The translations under genes and the position numbers were made by a program. DNA of 63,970 nucleotides from Campylobacterales bacterium (lineage in GTDB: Bacteria > Campylobacterota > Campylobacteria > Campylobacterales > JALSKU01), in assembly GCA_027044945.1 (NCBI GenBank), contig JALUBK010000026.1:14481-78450 (forward strand). The letters are read 5' to 3'. Positions 22,830-34,215 of the stretch are shown one piece after another. Numbering within the stretch: position 1 is the stretch's first letter; every line of letters begins with the position of its first letter. The notes under the pieces were generated by a model. The model was not told where the DNA came from, did not search any database, and saw only the letters and a list, made by a program, of their open reading frames with translations.

Positions 22830-23623
22830 TGAAAATAAAATCATTTGCCAAAGTTAATATATATCTTAAAATTGTAGGGGTTAAAAACAATTATCATCTT
22901 TTAAATTCAAGATTTATGATGTTAAAAAATCTTTATGATATTTTAGAATTCAAAAAAAAAGAGTTTCCGTGCGATAAATTTGATTTGAGAGGAAATTTTT
23001 CTTGTCCTGTGAAAAAAAATATTATATATAAAGCATATCTTGAACTCTTAAAAATAAAATCTATATCGACTAAACTTAAAAATTTTTTTTACTATTATTT
23101 TATCGATGTTCAAAAAAATATACCTGAATTTGCCGGACTTGGAGGAGGAAGTTCTAATGCAGCTTTTTTTTTACAGTTAATAAACAATACATTATCTCTT
23201 CAGTTATCAAAACAAACACTTTTACAAATTGGAAATAATTTAGGAGCTGATGTGGCATTTTTTTTAAATAATTATGAAAGTGCAAATATAAGCGGTATCG
23301 GAGAAAATGTAATAAATTTTGATGAAAAAAGTCTTGATTTGATAACTTTCACTCCACCAATAAAATGCGAAACAATAAAAGTTTATCACGAGTTTAGAAA
23401 AACATTTGAAAAAAATTATGATATAATAAAACAAAAAAATAGCTTACTTGCAAATAAATTATATTCTTTAAAAAGTGATAAAATTTTAGATAATTTTTCT
23501 AAGGAAGAATTAAATGACTTATATCTTCCAGCAGTAACACTTTATCCAAAATTACAAAGTTTTGCAAAGAAAGATTGGTTTTTTAGTGGAAGCGGTAGTA
23601 GTTTTTTTAGGAGAAATATATAG
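22829..23623 (+). CDS. ispE: 4-diphosphocytidyl-2-C-methyl-D-erythritol kinase
   Basis: GHMP kinase motif [10 protein letters not shown]. Confidence 0.88.
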   Translation: MKIKSFAKVNIYLKIVGVKNNYHLLNSRFMMLKNLYDILEFKKKEFPCDKFDLRGNFSCPVKKNIIYKAYLELLKIKSISTKLKNFFYYYFIDVQKNIPEFAGLGGGSSNAAFFLQLINNTLSLQLSKQTLLQIGNNLGADVAFFLNNYESANISGIGENVINFDEKSLDLITFTPPIKCETIKVYHEFRKTFEKNYDIIKQKNSLLANKLYSLKSDKILDNFSKEELNDLYLPAVTLYPKLQSFAKKDWFFSGSGSSFFRRNI

Positions 23624-24078
23624 TGGGTAAAACAATAGCTAGAAATAAAAAAGCTTTTCATGACTATGAAATTCTTGAAAAATTTGAAGCTGGAATATCA
23701 TTAAAAGGTAGCGAAGTTAAAGCTATAAGAATGGGCAGAGCTAATTTAAAAGAAAGTTTCGTAAAAATTATAAAAGGTGAAGCATTTTTATTGAACACAC
23801 ACATATCTCATCTTGATACTGCAAATCCTCATTACAGACCAAATGAAAGAAGAGACAGAAAATTACTTCTTCATAAAAAAGAGATAGATAGACTTATTGG
23901 AAAAATCACAAAAGACGGATTGACTTTAGTGCCTCTTAGTATATATTTGAATGATAAAAATATTATAAAAATACAAGTAGGATTAGCAAAAGGAAAAACT
24001 CTTCATGACAAAAGAGAAACTTTAAAAAGAAAAGAAGCCGACAGAGATGCCAGAGCAGCCATGAAAAAATATATTTAA
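23623..24078 (+). CDS. smpB: SsrA-binding protein SmpB
   Basis: [12 protein letters not shown] motif, basic C-terminal tail, GTG start. Confidence 0.93.
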   Translation: MGKTIARNKKAFHDYEILEKFEAGISLKGSEVKAIRMGRANLKESFVKIIKGEAFLLNTHISHLDTANPHYRPNERRDRKLLLHKKEIDRLIGKITKDGLTLVPLSIYLNDKNIIKIQVGLAKGKTLHDKRETLKRKEADRDARAAMKKYI

Positions 24079-24097
24079 GAGACCTATCTATATTTGG

Positions 24098-24412
24098 TTA
24101 TTTTTTTAAATATTTATTATATTTTTCTTTTAAAATTTTTTCTGCTATTTTATATTTTTCGCTCAAGTCAGACTCAACACTACCTATAAGAGATTTGTAT
24201 TTTAAATATGTTTCCCATACCATATAAGCTCCATTTTCTTTGCCTTTTAGTTTTAAAGCTATGGCAGTAGTGGCATTTATAAGTCCTTTTTGAAGATTTG
24301 CTTCCTCAATATTCATTTTTTTTAACTCTTTCCAAGAAGACTCAAGCACTTCGTGAGCTTCTATAAATCTTTCATTTTTTACATCTTCAATATATTGATC
24401 TATAGGTAACAT
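24098..24412 (-). CDS. DUF309-like small protein
   Basis: FIEAHEVLESSWK motif. I use the start at 24412 (aaagga RBS) rather than the ORF-track start at 24451, which overlaps the divergent gene. Confidence 0.55.
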   Translation of the reverse strand: MLPIDQYIEDVKNERFIEAHEVLESSWKELKKMNIEEANLQKGLINATTAIALKLKGKENGAYMVWETYLKYKSLIGSVESDLSEKYKIAEKILKEKYNKYLKK

Positions 24413-24426
24413 AATAATCCTTTTTA

Positions 24427-24435
24427 TGATATAAT
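24427..24435 (+). promoter_or_regulatory. Extended -10 promoter (TGaTATAAT) 7 nt upstream of the CYTH-CHAD start codon
   Basis: tgatataat, then ctctatc, then the ATG at 24443. There is no Shine-Dalgarno sequence. Confidence 0.45.
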
Positions 24436-24442
24436 CTCTATC

Positions 24443-25807
24443 ATGAAACACTTAGAGATAGAAAATAAGTATTTATTATCACATAAAAAGGCTGTTAATT
24501 TTATCAAAACTCTAACTAATTATAATATTAAAGATATGGAACAGATATATTTTTCCTATTCTCCAAAAGCGATAAAAAGAGTTAGAAAAGTTAATAACAA
24601 ATATATATTAACTATAAAAAAAGGAGATGGCAAAGTTAGAAAAGAATATGAAAAAGAGATATCCAAAAACAGATACAAAAAGTTCAAAAAAAAGAGATTA
24701 GGAAGAATTATTAAAAAAAGGAGATATATTTTTGAGCTTGATAAATATATTTTTGAACTTGATAACTTTAAAGACAGTTTAAAAGGACTAACTTATCTTG
24801 AGATTGAATTTAACAGTATTGAAAAAATGAATAATTTTACTCTTCCTGAGAGTTTACAAAAAATAGTTAAAAAAGATGTAAGCAATGATAGAAGATATAC
24901 AAATGCTTTTTTAGCTATCAGTATAAAAGAATATAAAAATATTGATAAAATATTTAAAAAGATAAAACAAAACCCAAAAAAATTTAAATTTAAACCAAAA
25001 AGTGAAATCAATATTTATGACTATTTAAGAATTTGGCTTTATTGTTATTTAATACTTGCAAAAAAATATGCTTTTGACTTTATTGAAGATAATAAAGAAG
25101 AAAATTTACACCAATTTAGAGTAAATATCAGACGGATAAGGTCTCTTTTATACTCTTTTAAAGAAATCTTTTGCACAGAAATATATAATAAACTTAACTA
25201 TTCTTTAAAATCTATCGCACAAAAAACTAATCTAAAAAGAGATATAGATGTATTTTTAATTTCACTTCAAAAAGAAAAAGAATCATATAAAAATTTTTAT
25301 AAATATCTCAAAAACAAACAAATAAATCAAAAAGAAGAGATAGAATTTTTTATAAAATCCAATAAATTTAAAAATCTTTTATTTGACTTGGAAACTTTTT
25401 TAAAAAGCGACAACGGCTTTTATACAAACACTTATGCATATCTTCCTGCTAGTATATTTGCCAATTTGAGCTTTAAAAAACTATATAAAAAAATAAAAAA
25501 GAGTTCATTAAGTCTAACTTCTTCTTTACCAATAGATAAATTTCACAAAATAAGAATAAAAATAAAAAAACTTAGATACTTACTAGATACTTTTTCATAT
25601 TTTATCAAAGAAAAAAATATGAAACAAACTTTAAAAAAGATGCAAGAATCCTATGGAAATTTGAACGACACTTACAATCAAACCATAATATTAAAAAATT
25701 ATCTACAAAATTATTCAAATGATACATCAGCACAAGAGTTACTTAAAGCAATTGAATCAAATCTTCAAAATATCAAAAAAGCTATTAGCTCTAAAATAAT
25801 GATTTAA
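24443..25807 (+). CDS. CYTH domain plus CHAD domain protein (triphosphate tunnel metalloenzyme family)
   Basis: N-terminal LEIENKYLL (ExExK signature). The C-terminal half has CHAD-like helices (LHQFRVNIRRIRS, FHKIRIKIKKLRY). Confidence 0.8.
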   Translation: MKHLEIENKYLLSHKKAVNFIKTLTNYNIKDMEQIYFSYSPKAIKRVRKVNNKYILTIKKGDGKVRKEYEKEISKNRYKKFKKKRLGRIIKKRRYIFELDKYIFELDNFKDSLKGLTYLEIEFNSIEKMNNFTLPESLQKIVKKDVSNDRRYTNAFLAISIKEYKNIDKIFKKIKQNPKKFKFKPKSEINIYDYLRIWLYCYLILAKKYAFDFIEDNKEENLHQFRVNIRRIRSLLYSFKEIFCTEIYNKLNYSLKSIAQKTNLKRDIDVFLISLQKEKESYKNFYKYLKNKQINQKEEIEFFIKSNKFKNLLFDLETFLKSDNGFYTNTYAYLPASIFANLSFKKLYKKIKKSSLSLTSSLPIDKFHKIRIKIKKLRYLLDTFSYFIKEKNMKQTLKKMQESYGNLNDTYNQTIILKNYLQNYSNDTSAQELLKAIESNLQNIKKAISSKIMI

Positions 25808-25861
25808 TCTTTAATTTGATATAATTAAGCATATTGTATAATATTTAAAAAATTTTAGGAA

Positions 25862-26578
25862 TTGATCTTGAATAAACAAAAAAAAATAGTTTCAATGTTT
25901 GATGAAATAGCACCTACATACGATGTTGCCAATAGAATTTTAAGTTTTGGTGTTGATAAAAGTTGGAGAAAAAAAGCTTGTGATTTAACATATAAATTTT
26001 ATGATAAAAATACAATAGATTTGATAGTAGATGTAGCATGTGGAACTGGCGATATGTGTGAATACTGGCTAAAAAGAAGTGGTGCAAAAAATATCATTTT
26101 AAAACAAATTTTAGGAGTAGATCCATCTATTCAAATGCTAAAAGTTGCAAAAACGAAAAATATTAATGCATCTTTTACAGAAGGTGAAGCAAAAAAATTA
26201 CCAATAGAAAATGAACAAGCAGATATTATTAGCATCTCTTACGGACTTAGAAATGTTGTAGATAGAGTTGAAGGCTTAAAAGAATTCAATCGTGTATTAA
26301 AGAAAAATGGATTGTTAGTTATTTTAGAATTTACAAAACTTCAAAATAAAAATTTTATAAGCAAAATAAGAGATTTTTATATGAAAAAAATACTTCCAAC
26401 AATCGGAGGGCTATTGTCAAAAAATTATGAAGCTTATAATTATCTTCCAAATTCTATAGAAAATTTTTTGACCAAAGAAAAATTGGAAAAAGAACTTCAA
26501 GAATGTGGTTTTGAAATACTATATTCAAAAGGCTTTTCTATGGATATTTCCACTCTTTTCATAGCTAGAAAAAAATAA
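25862..26578 (+). CDS. ubiE: Demethylmenaquinone/ubiquinone methyltransferase UbiE/MenG
   Basis: MFDEIAPTYDVANRILSFGVDKSWRK and the SAM motif VDVACGTGD. The start may be the TTG at 25868. Confidence 0.9.
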   Translation: MILNKQKKIVSMFDEIAPTYDVANRILSFGVDKSWRKKACDLTYKFYDKNTIDLIVDVACGTGDMCEYWLKRSGAKNIILKQILGVDPSIQMLKVAKTKNINASFTEGEAKKLPIENEQADIISISYGLRNVVDRVEGLKEFNRVLKKNGLLVILEFTKLQNKNFISKIRDFYMKKILPTIGGLLSKNYEAYNYLPNSIENFLTKEKLEKELQECGFEILYSKGFSMDISTLFIARKK

Positions 26579-26583
26579 TAAAT

Positions 26584-27840
26584 ATGCAAACACCCGTTAC
26601 GGTCAGTGAATTAAACAATCAAATAAAATCTCTTCTTGAAAGCACTTTTTTATCCATTGTTGTTAAAGGAGAAATTTCAAGAGTAACTTATCATAGTTCG
26701 GGGCATCTTTATTTTACTCTAAAAGACACCTCTTCTGCTATCTCTTGTATTATGTTTAGAGGAAACAATCAAAAGTTGAAATTTAGAGTTGAAGAAGGCA
26801 TGGGAGTTATAATTTATGGGGCAATATCTGTTTATTCTCCAAGAGGAAGTTACCAAATAAATTGCATCAATCTTGAGCCTTTAGGAAATGGGGCTTTGGC
26901 TTTGGCTTATGAACAGTTAAAGAAGAAATTGGAAGCAAAAGGATATTTTGCACAAGAAAGAAAAAAATCTATTCCAAAATTTCCAAAAACGATAGCTCTT
27001 GTTACATCAAAAACAGGTGCGGCACTTCAAGATATGTTAAGAGTTGCAAAAAAAAGATGGCCTTTGGTAAAAATTATTCTTGTTGATGCTTTAGTTCAAG
27101 GAAAAAATGCATCTACTAGCATAGCACTGGGTATCAAAAAAGCTGGAATGCTTCCTGTGGATATTATTGTAACTGGAAGAGGAGGAGGAAGCATAGAAGA
27201 TCTTTGGGCTTTTAATGAAGAGATAGTAGCTGATGCTATTTATTTATCTAAAATACCTGTTGTTTCCGCAGTAGGACATGAAATAGATTTTTTGATAAGT
27301 GATTTTGTAGCAGATTTAAGAGCTCCTACTCCATCAGCAGCTATGGAAATGATACTTCCAGATCAAAATGAAATGCTTTTATATATAGATAACTTATTGG
27401 AAAATTACCACTCTTCTTTCAAAAGAATACTTTTAAGAAAAAATGAAGAATTAAAAAATTTATATTATTCTTATAAACAAAATTCATTTCTTTCTAAAAT
27501 AGAACTTTATAAAAATGAAATTAAAACATTAAACCAAAGATACAATGAAGTTTTAAATTTCATACTACAGAAAAAAGAACAAAATATAAAAAATATATAT
27601 ATAAACATATTTCAAAAAGAAAATCAATTATTATCTAAAAAAGAACAAATTTTATCAATGCTTTTAGAATCTTTTAAGGCAAACGAGCCTTCTAAAAAAA
27701 TCAAAAATACATTTGCTCAAATTTTAAAAGAGAATAAACCAATTAATCTTGAAAATATAAAAAAAGATGAAATTTTCACACTTGTATCCACAAAAATAAA
27801 ATTGACAGCAAAAGCTATTGAAAAAAACAAAATTGACTAA
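26584..27840 (+). CDS. xseA: Exodeoxyribonuclease VII large subunit
   Basis: N-terminal OB fold and GRGGGSIEDLWAFNEE. Confidence 0.92.
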   Translation: MQTPVTVSELNNQIKSLLESTFLSIVVKGEISRVTYHSSGHLYFTLKDTSSAISCIMFRGNNQKLKFRVEEGMGVIIYGAISVYSPRGSYQINCINLEPLGNGALALAYEQLKKKLEAKGYFAQERKKSIPKFPKTIALVTSKTGAALQDMLRVAKKRWPLVKIILVDALVQGKNASTSIALGIKKAGMLPVDIIVTGRGGGSIEDLWAFNEEIVADAIYLSKIPVVSAVGHEIDFLISDFVADLRAPTPSAAMEMILPDQNEMLLYIDNLLENYHSSFKRILLRKNEELKNLYYSYKQNSFLSKIELYKNEIKTLNQRYNEVLNFILQKKEQNIKNIYINIFQKENQLLSKKEQILSMLLESFKANEPSKKIKNTFAQILKENKPINLENIKKDEIFTLVSTKIKLTAKAIEKNKID

Positions 27841-29066
27841 ATATATCTTTCTCCGTTTATATACCCACTTTTTATTTTTTTTGTGTGCAATATAAGTTCC
27901 AGTGCTAATTGCTCTTTATCACTTACCTCATCAGGTAATAACACTGTTACAATATCAGCAGATTGATTTTTTTTCAAACATAAATTATTTTTCATTCCTA
28001 AAGAGATAGCTCCATTCCTTGTTACTGCAATTATCAAATCTTTTGCTAAAGAAATTACATCCTTTTCAAAATGTGCAAAAAGTCCAGCTCTTAATTCATC
28101 CCAAATATTTAAACTATTATTAGAGCTAAGTCCGTCAGTTCCAATACTATAAATAACATTTTTACTTTTAACAAGATTTAAATCTAATAAAGGATTATTT
28201 AAAATTCTATTTGAAACAAAACAATGAGCAAGAGTTCCTATTTGTCCAATCATTTCCAACTCTTTTTTAGTAGCCAATACTCCATGAACAAATAATGTTT
28301 TAACTTCTTCAAACATTTCTAAATATTCCATTGCACTATACATAGGTTTTGGATTTGGATTAAAATTTTTTAACAAAGCATAAAAATCGCCTTTACCGCT
28401 ATCAAGCCATTCTCTCTCAGCCATACTTTCCATAAAATGAGTGCTCATGAGCATTTGATTTTTTTTAGACATATCTATAGCATATTTTGCTATCTCAGGA
28501 TGGGTAGAATAAGCAGAATGGACAGAAATTGCAGGAGTAAATAAATCACTCGAAAATTGAATACTTTTTTCAATTCTATTGTTAAAATCTTTAATAATAT
28601 CATTTTTAACATCAGGGTTTGACCCTAATATTTCATTGAAATATATAACTTTTTGAGGAGAATCAACACAAGCTTCCAAATCTCCCCCAAAACTGCTTAT
28701 TGCACCAAAAGCAGTAACTCCACTTTGAAGCATTTGTTCTATTGCTGTTTCATAAAAATATTCATTGCATTTATTTTTCAATATATCTCTATTTTTTATG
28801 ACACTTTCAAGCCATTTTGTAAAATCACCATAAATCAAATCTGTTTTATTTGTTGAAAATTCCAAATGAACATGAGTATTTATAAGCCCCGGCATAATAA
28901 CAGAATTTTTAGACAAATGCTTTACTACTGCATATGGATTATTTTTTATAACTTCATCCTCTTTCCCTATTTCTATAATTTTTTCATCAAAGCATATTGC
29001 TCCATCTTTTATAATAGAAAAATCTTCATCACAGACTAAAATATAATCGGCTGTTAAAATTTTCAT
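27837..29066 (-). CDS. Metal-dependent amidohydrolase (chlorohydrolase / nucleoside-deaminase-like)
   Basis: GLINTHVHLEFS metal motif. I use the start at 29066 (MKILTADYIL, aaaagg RBS) because the upstream ATG at 29093 abuts a -10 box. Confidence 0.75.
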   Translation of the reverse strand: MKILTADYILVCDEDFSIIKDGAICFDEKIIEIGKEDEVIKNNPYAVVKHLSKNSVIMPGLINTHVHLEFSTNKTDLIYGDFTKWLESVIKNRDILKNKCNEYFYETAIEQMLQSGVTAFGAISSFGGDLEACVDSPQKVIYFNEILGSNPDVKNDIIKDFNNRIEKSIQFSSDLFTPAISVHSAYSTHPEIAKYAIDMSKKNQMLMSTHFMESMAEREWLDSGKGDFYALLKNFNPNPKPMYSAMEYLEMFEEVKTLFVHGVLATKKELEMIGQIGTLAHCFVSNRILNNPLLDLNLVKSKNVIYSIGTDGLSSNNSLNIWDELRAGLFAHFEKDVISLAKDLIIAVTRNGAISLGMKNNLCLKKNQSADIVTVLLPDEVSDKEQLALELILHTKKIKSGYINGERYI

Positions 29067-29093
29067 AATTTTTAACCTTTTTATTTTTTTCAT

Positions 29094-29102
29094 ATTATAT
29101 CA
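29094..29102 (-). promoter_or_regulatory. Extended -10 promoter (TGaTATAAT on the minus strand) for the amidohydrolase gene
   Basis: The reverse complement of attatatca is tgatataat. Confidence 0.4.
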
Positions 29103-29119
29103 AATAAATTATTTTTTAC

Positions 29120-29144
29120 ATATTGATTAAAATTTAATCAATAT
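29120..29144. promoter_or_regulatory. Perfect 25-bp palindrome (12-bp arms) in the divergent amidohydrolase/amt spacer; candidate operator
   Basis: atattgattaaa-a-tttaatcaatat, read directly. Confidence 0.4.
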
Positions 29145-29168
29145 AAATATCAAAAAATATCAAAAAAA

Positions 29169-29177
29169 TGCTATTAT
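29169..29177 (+). promoter_or_regulatory. Extended -10-like box (TGcTATTAT) for amt-glnK
   Basis: It lies 30 nt upstream of the ATG at 29207 and overlaps the upstream ATG at 29168 used by the ORF track. Confidence 0.35.
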
Positions 29178-29206
29178 TTTACATCAAAAAAACAAAAGGT
29201 AAAAAT

Positions 29207-30822
<1,616 letters not shown>

Positions 30823-30830
30823 AACTCTCA

Positions 30831-30857
30831 GTGAGCATTAGTTTTTTTAATGCTCAC
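30831..30857 (+). terminator. 10-bp hairpin after glnK
   Basis: gtgagcatta[gtttttt]taatgctcac. The T-run is in the loop, not after the stem. Confidence 0.4.
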
Positions 30858-30929
30858 ACAAACTTCTAATCCCATTATAAGTATATTTTTTGTATAATAA
30901 GTTTTAAAAATTTATAAAAAAGGTAAAGT

Positions 30930-31409
30930 ATGAAAGTTGTTGTAATTCACGGACCAAATCTAAATATGCTTGGTATCAGAGAACAAAATATTTATGGACC
31001 TATAAAATTAGAAGAGATAAATAAGCAAATGAAAACAGTTGCAGAGCAAAACAAAATTGATATTGAATTTTTTCAATCAAATCTTGAGGGCGAAATTATT
31101 GATAAAATTCAAGAATGCTTAGGAGAAGCTGATGGAATTATAATAAATCCTGCTGCTTATACTCATACATCAATAGCAATAAGAGATGCTATTGCTGCAA
31201 TTCAACTTCCTGTTATAGAAGTGCATATTAGCAATATTCACAGAAGAGAAGATTTTAGAGCTAAAAGCTTAACTGCTCCAGTATGTAGCGGACAAATAAG
31301 TGGTTTTGGTCCTTTTGGATATCATTTAGCTATGATGGCCATACTTCAAATATTTACAGAAATTCAAGCAATAAAAAATCAGCAAAATGCAAAGGTTAAA
31401 CAAAATTAG
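30930..31409 (+). CDS. aroQ: Type II 3-dehydroquinate dehydratase
   Basis: [19 protein letters not shown] motif. A TATAAT lies at 30893-30898. Confidence 0.93.
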   Translation: MKVVVIHGPNLNMLGIREQNIYGPIKLEEINKQMKTVAEQNKIDIEFFQSNLEGEIIDKIQECLGEADGIIINPAAYTHTSIAIRDAIAAIQLPVIEVHISNIHRREDFRAKSLTAPVCSGQISGFGPFGYHLAMMAILQIFTEIQAIKNQQNAKVKQN

Positions 31410-32440
31410 TGAATAATTTTATTTTAAAAAATGAAAATGCCATATTTTACGAATGTGGCTTTTCATGTGATAATGTTATATATATCAAGATAAACAATAT
31501 ATCATTTTTTATCACTGATGGTAGATATACCGCCGAAGCAAAAGAGTTTGTAAAAAATACTTTTGTTATAGACGGTGGTTTTGATTTGCACAAAAAAGCA
31601 AGAGAAATATTAAAAAAATATAAAGTTAAAAAAATTATTTTTGATCCTTTAAATTGGAGTATAGACAATTTTAAAAAAATATCTTCAAAATCTTCTTGTT
31701 ATTTCTCACCAAAGATAAATTTTTCTCAAAAAAAAAGAATTGTAAAAACAAAAGAAGAGATAGAAATAATAAAAAAAGCTGTCAAATTAGGCTCTAAAGG
31801 TTTTGAAAAATTTGCAAATTTTTTAGAAAAGAATGGAGAAAACTTAACAGAAAAAGAGTTATTTTTTAAAGCAAGTGAAATTTTAACTCAAAAAGGGGAA
31901 TTAAAACTCAGCTTCAATCCAATCATAGCTATAAATGAAAACTCCGCAAAACCACATTCTATCCCAACAAATAAAAAGATAAAAGACAAATCTTTGATTT
32001 TATTTGATGCTGGGATTAAATATAAAGGATATTGTAGTGACAGAACAAGAGTTTTAGAATGGCAAAAAAATAAAAAATTAAATTTTTCTAAAAAACAAAT
32101 TTTTCAAGATAAACAAAAAGAAAAAATTTATAATATTGTTCTAAAAGCTCAAGAAAAAGCTATAAAATTTGCAAAACCTGGAGTAAAAACAAAAGATATT
32201 GATAAAATTGCAAGAGAAGTTATCGAAAAAGCAGGATTTGGGAAATATTTTATACATTCTACCGGTCATGGGGTTGGCTTAGATATACATGAATTACCTT
32301 TTATTTCAAAAAGAGATGACACAATTCTTGAAGAAGGAATGGTTTTTACTATTGAACCTGGGATTTATATACCTAAAAATTTTGGCATAAGAATCGAAGA
32401 TATGCTTTTAGTTACTTCTAGAGATGTTGAAATTTTATAA
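31409..32440 (+). CDS. M24-family Xaa-Pro aminopeptidase
   Basis: HSTGHGVGLDIHE and the pita-bread fold residues, GTG start. Confidence 0.85.
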   Translation: MNNFILKNENAIFYECGFSCDNVIYIKINNISFFITDGRYTAEAKEFVKNTFVIDGGFDLHKKAREILKKYKVKKIIFDPLNWSIDNFKKISSKSSCYFSPKINFSQKKRIVKTKEEIEIIKKAVKLGSKGFEKFANFLEKNGENLTEKELFFKASEILTQKGELKLSFNPIIAINENSAKPHSIPTNKKIKDKSLILFDAGIKYKGYCSDRTRVLEWQKNKKLNFSKKQIFQDKQKEKIYNIVLKAQEKAIKFAKPGVKTKDIDKIAREVIEKAGFGKYFIHSTGHGVGLDIHELPFISKRDDTILEEGMVFTIEPGIYIPKNFGIRIEDMLLVTSRDVEIL

Positions 32441-32987
32441 AAAAAAATTTTATCCTTATAGACAAAACAATTTTACTGGTAAAAAGCATTTTTGTATTAT
32501 CGGCATAGGAGGCAATATTGGCGATACAATGAGAAGATTTGAAAAACTTTTTATATTTTTAAAAAAAGATAAAGATTTTAAAATTTTGCAAACATCACCA
32601 ATTTTGAAAAATCCTCCTTTTGGATTTTTAAATCAAGATGATTTTTATAATGCTGTTTTATTATTAAAAACAAATTTAACCCCTTTTCAGCTTTTAAGAA
32701 AATTGCAAAAAATTGAACAAAAATTTAAAAGAAAAAGATTTTTTAAAAATTCACCAAGAACTTTAGACTTAGATATAATATTTTATGATAAAATATCAAT
32801 TATAAAACATTTTTTAATAATTCCACATAAAGATTGGAAAAAGAGAGAATCGGTTGTTTTACCTCTTAAACAATTAAAATTAAAAAGAAATTTTATATTA
32901 AGAGATTATGATAAAAAATTAAAAAATTATAAGGGAGCTCATGAAACTTTTATCTTTCACAGCAGAAACACCCTCAGAAGCACTTAA
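32424..32987 (+). CDS. folK: 2-amino-4-hydroxy-6-hydroxymethyldihydropteridine pyrophosphokinase
   Basis: IIGIGGNIGD and LDLDIIFYD motifs. The C-terminal ~30 aa overlap flhF. Confidence 0.85.
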   Translation: MLKFYKKKFYPYRQNNFTGKKHFCIIGIGGNIGDTMRRFEKLFIFLKKDKDFKILQTSPILKNPPFGFLNQDDFYNAVLLLKTNLTPFQLLRKLQKIEQKFKRKRFFKNSPRTLDLDIIFYDKISIIKHFLIIPHKDWKKRESVVLPLKQLKLKRNFILRDYDKKLKNYKGAHETFIFHSRNTLRST

Positions 32988-34215
32988 AAAAGCTCAACTT
33001 CAATGTGGAGAAAATGCTTTAGTTGTAAGCACTAAAGAGATCAAAAAAAAGAGTTTAACACAAAAAGCTCTTTATGAAGTTGTAGTTGCGGTTGATGACA
33101 AAGATATAAAAAAAGCTGAAGAAAAAAACAATACCAAAACAAAAAGCACGACTGATGTTTTATTAAATCTTTCAAAAGCTGCCAAACAAATTTCTCAAAT
33201 AGATGACATTACTTCATCTGATAAATATTTACAAAAACAAGAAATATCCAAAGATAACAATACAAAAACAGAACCAACTGAAGAACTTAAAGAAATAAAA
33301 AATGAAATATATAAACTTACAGATAAAATAAAATTGATACAAGAAATGTTTTGGGAAGAAAAAACACCTCAAAGAAACGGATTAAATATACCCTCAGAAT
33401 TTTCAGAAATTTATAAAAAAGCAAAATTGAGTGGAATAAACCAAAACGACTTGGATTCTATTATGGAATTAACATTGGAACATATGCCTCATAATATGAG
33501 AAAAAATAGCAATACTGTTAAAAGATATTTTCAAGTATTACTTAGAAAAATGATTCCTATAAGGTTAGAAAACGATATGAAAAAAGGAGAAAAAAAAATT
33601 ATGATGTTTGTTGGACCAACAGGTGTTGGAAAAACAACTACTTTGGCAAAATTGGCAGCAAAATATTCATATCTTAAAGACAAAAGAGAAAAAGTAGGAA
33701 TTATAACACTCGATACATATAGAATTGGTGCTGTTGAACAATTATTTCAATTTGCCAAAATGATGAGACTTCCGATAGAAGATGTTATAGATTTTAATGA
33801 TTTTTCAAGAGCTATAAAATCGCTTTCATTTTGTGATACTATTTTGATTGACACAATAGGAAGCTCTCAATATGATAAAGATAAATTGGCAAAAATGGAA
33901 TCGTTCTTGAATAAGACTCACATCAATATAGATGTCAATCTCGTATTGTCTTCTAGCACAAAATTGGAAGATTTAAGAGAAATTTATAATAATTTTGAGT
34001 ATCTCAATATTGACACAATAATATTTACAAAATTTGATGAAACAAAAAATTTTGGAAATATTTTTTCTTTTGTAAAAGAAGTATCTAAACCTCTTAGTTA
34101 TTTTTCAATAGGACAAGAAGTTCCTGATGATATTATGTGTGCAAACAGTGAATTTTTAATTGATTGCATGATTGACGGATTCAAAAAGGATAAAAATGCA
34201 AACACAAGCAAATAA
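32941..34215 (+). CDS. flhF: Flagellar biosynthesis GTPase FlhF
   Basis: SRP-type GTPase motifs GPTGVGKTTT and DTIG, with an aagggag RBS. Confidence 0.92.
   Translation: MKLLSFTAETPSEALKKAQLQCGENALVVSTKEIKKKSLTQKALYEVVVAVDDKDIKKAEEKNNTKTKSTTDVLLNLSKAAKQISQIDDITSSDKYLQKQEISKDNNTKTEPTEELKEIKNEIYKLTDKIKLIQEMFWEEKTPQRNGLNIPSEFSEIYKKAKLSGINQNDLDSIMELTLEHMPHNMRKNSNTVKRYFQVLLRKMIPIRLENDMKKGEKKIMMFVGPTGVGKTTTLAKLAAKYSYLKDKREKVGIITLDTYRIGAVEQLFQFAKMMRLPIEDVIDFNDFSRAIKSLSFCDTILIDTIGSSQYDKDKLAKMESFLNKTHINIDVNLVLSSSTKLEDLREIYNNFEYLNIDTIIFTKFDETKNFGNIFSFVKEVSKPLSYFSIGQEVPDDIMCANSEFLIDCMIDGFKKDKNANTSK

Noticed and set aside
29168-29206. The upstream ATG at 29168 as the amt start (ORF-track start).
   Set aside because: That ATG overlaps the TGcTATTAT -10-like box and has no RBS. 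The ATG at 29207 follows aaaagg and begins a typical signal-like sequence, MKKLKIMFLF.
32941-32987. The 47-nt folK/flhF overlap and the folK C-terminal extension as a possible frameshift or fusion.
   Set aside because: flhF has its own strong RBS (aagggag) and ATG. The folK tail is most simply read-through into the next gene with no functional implication.
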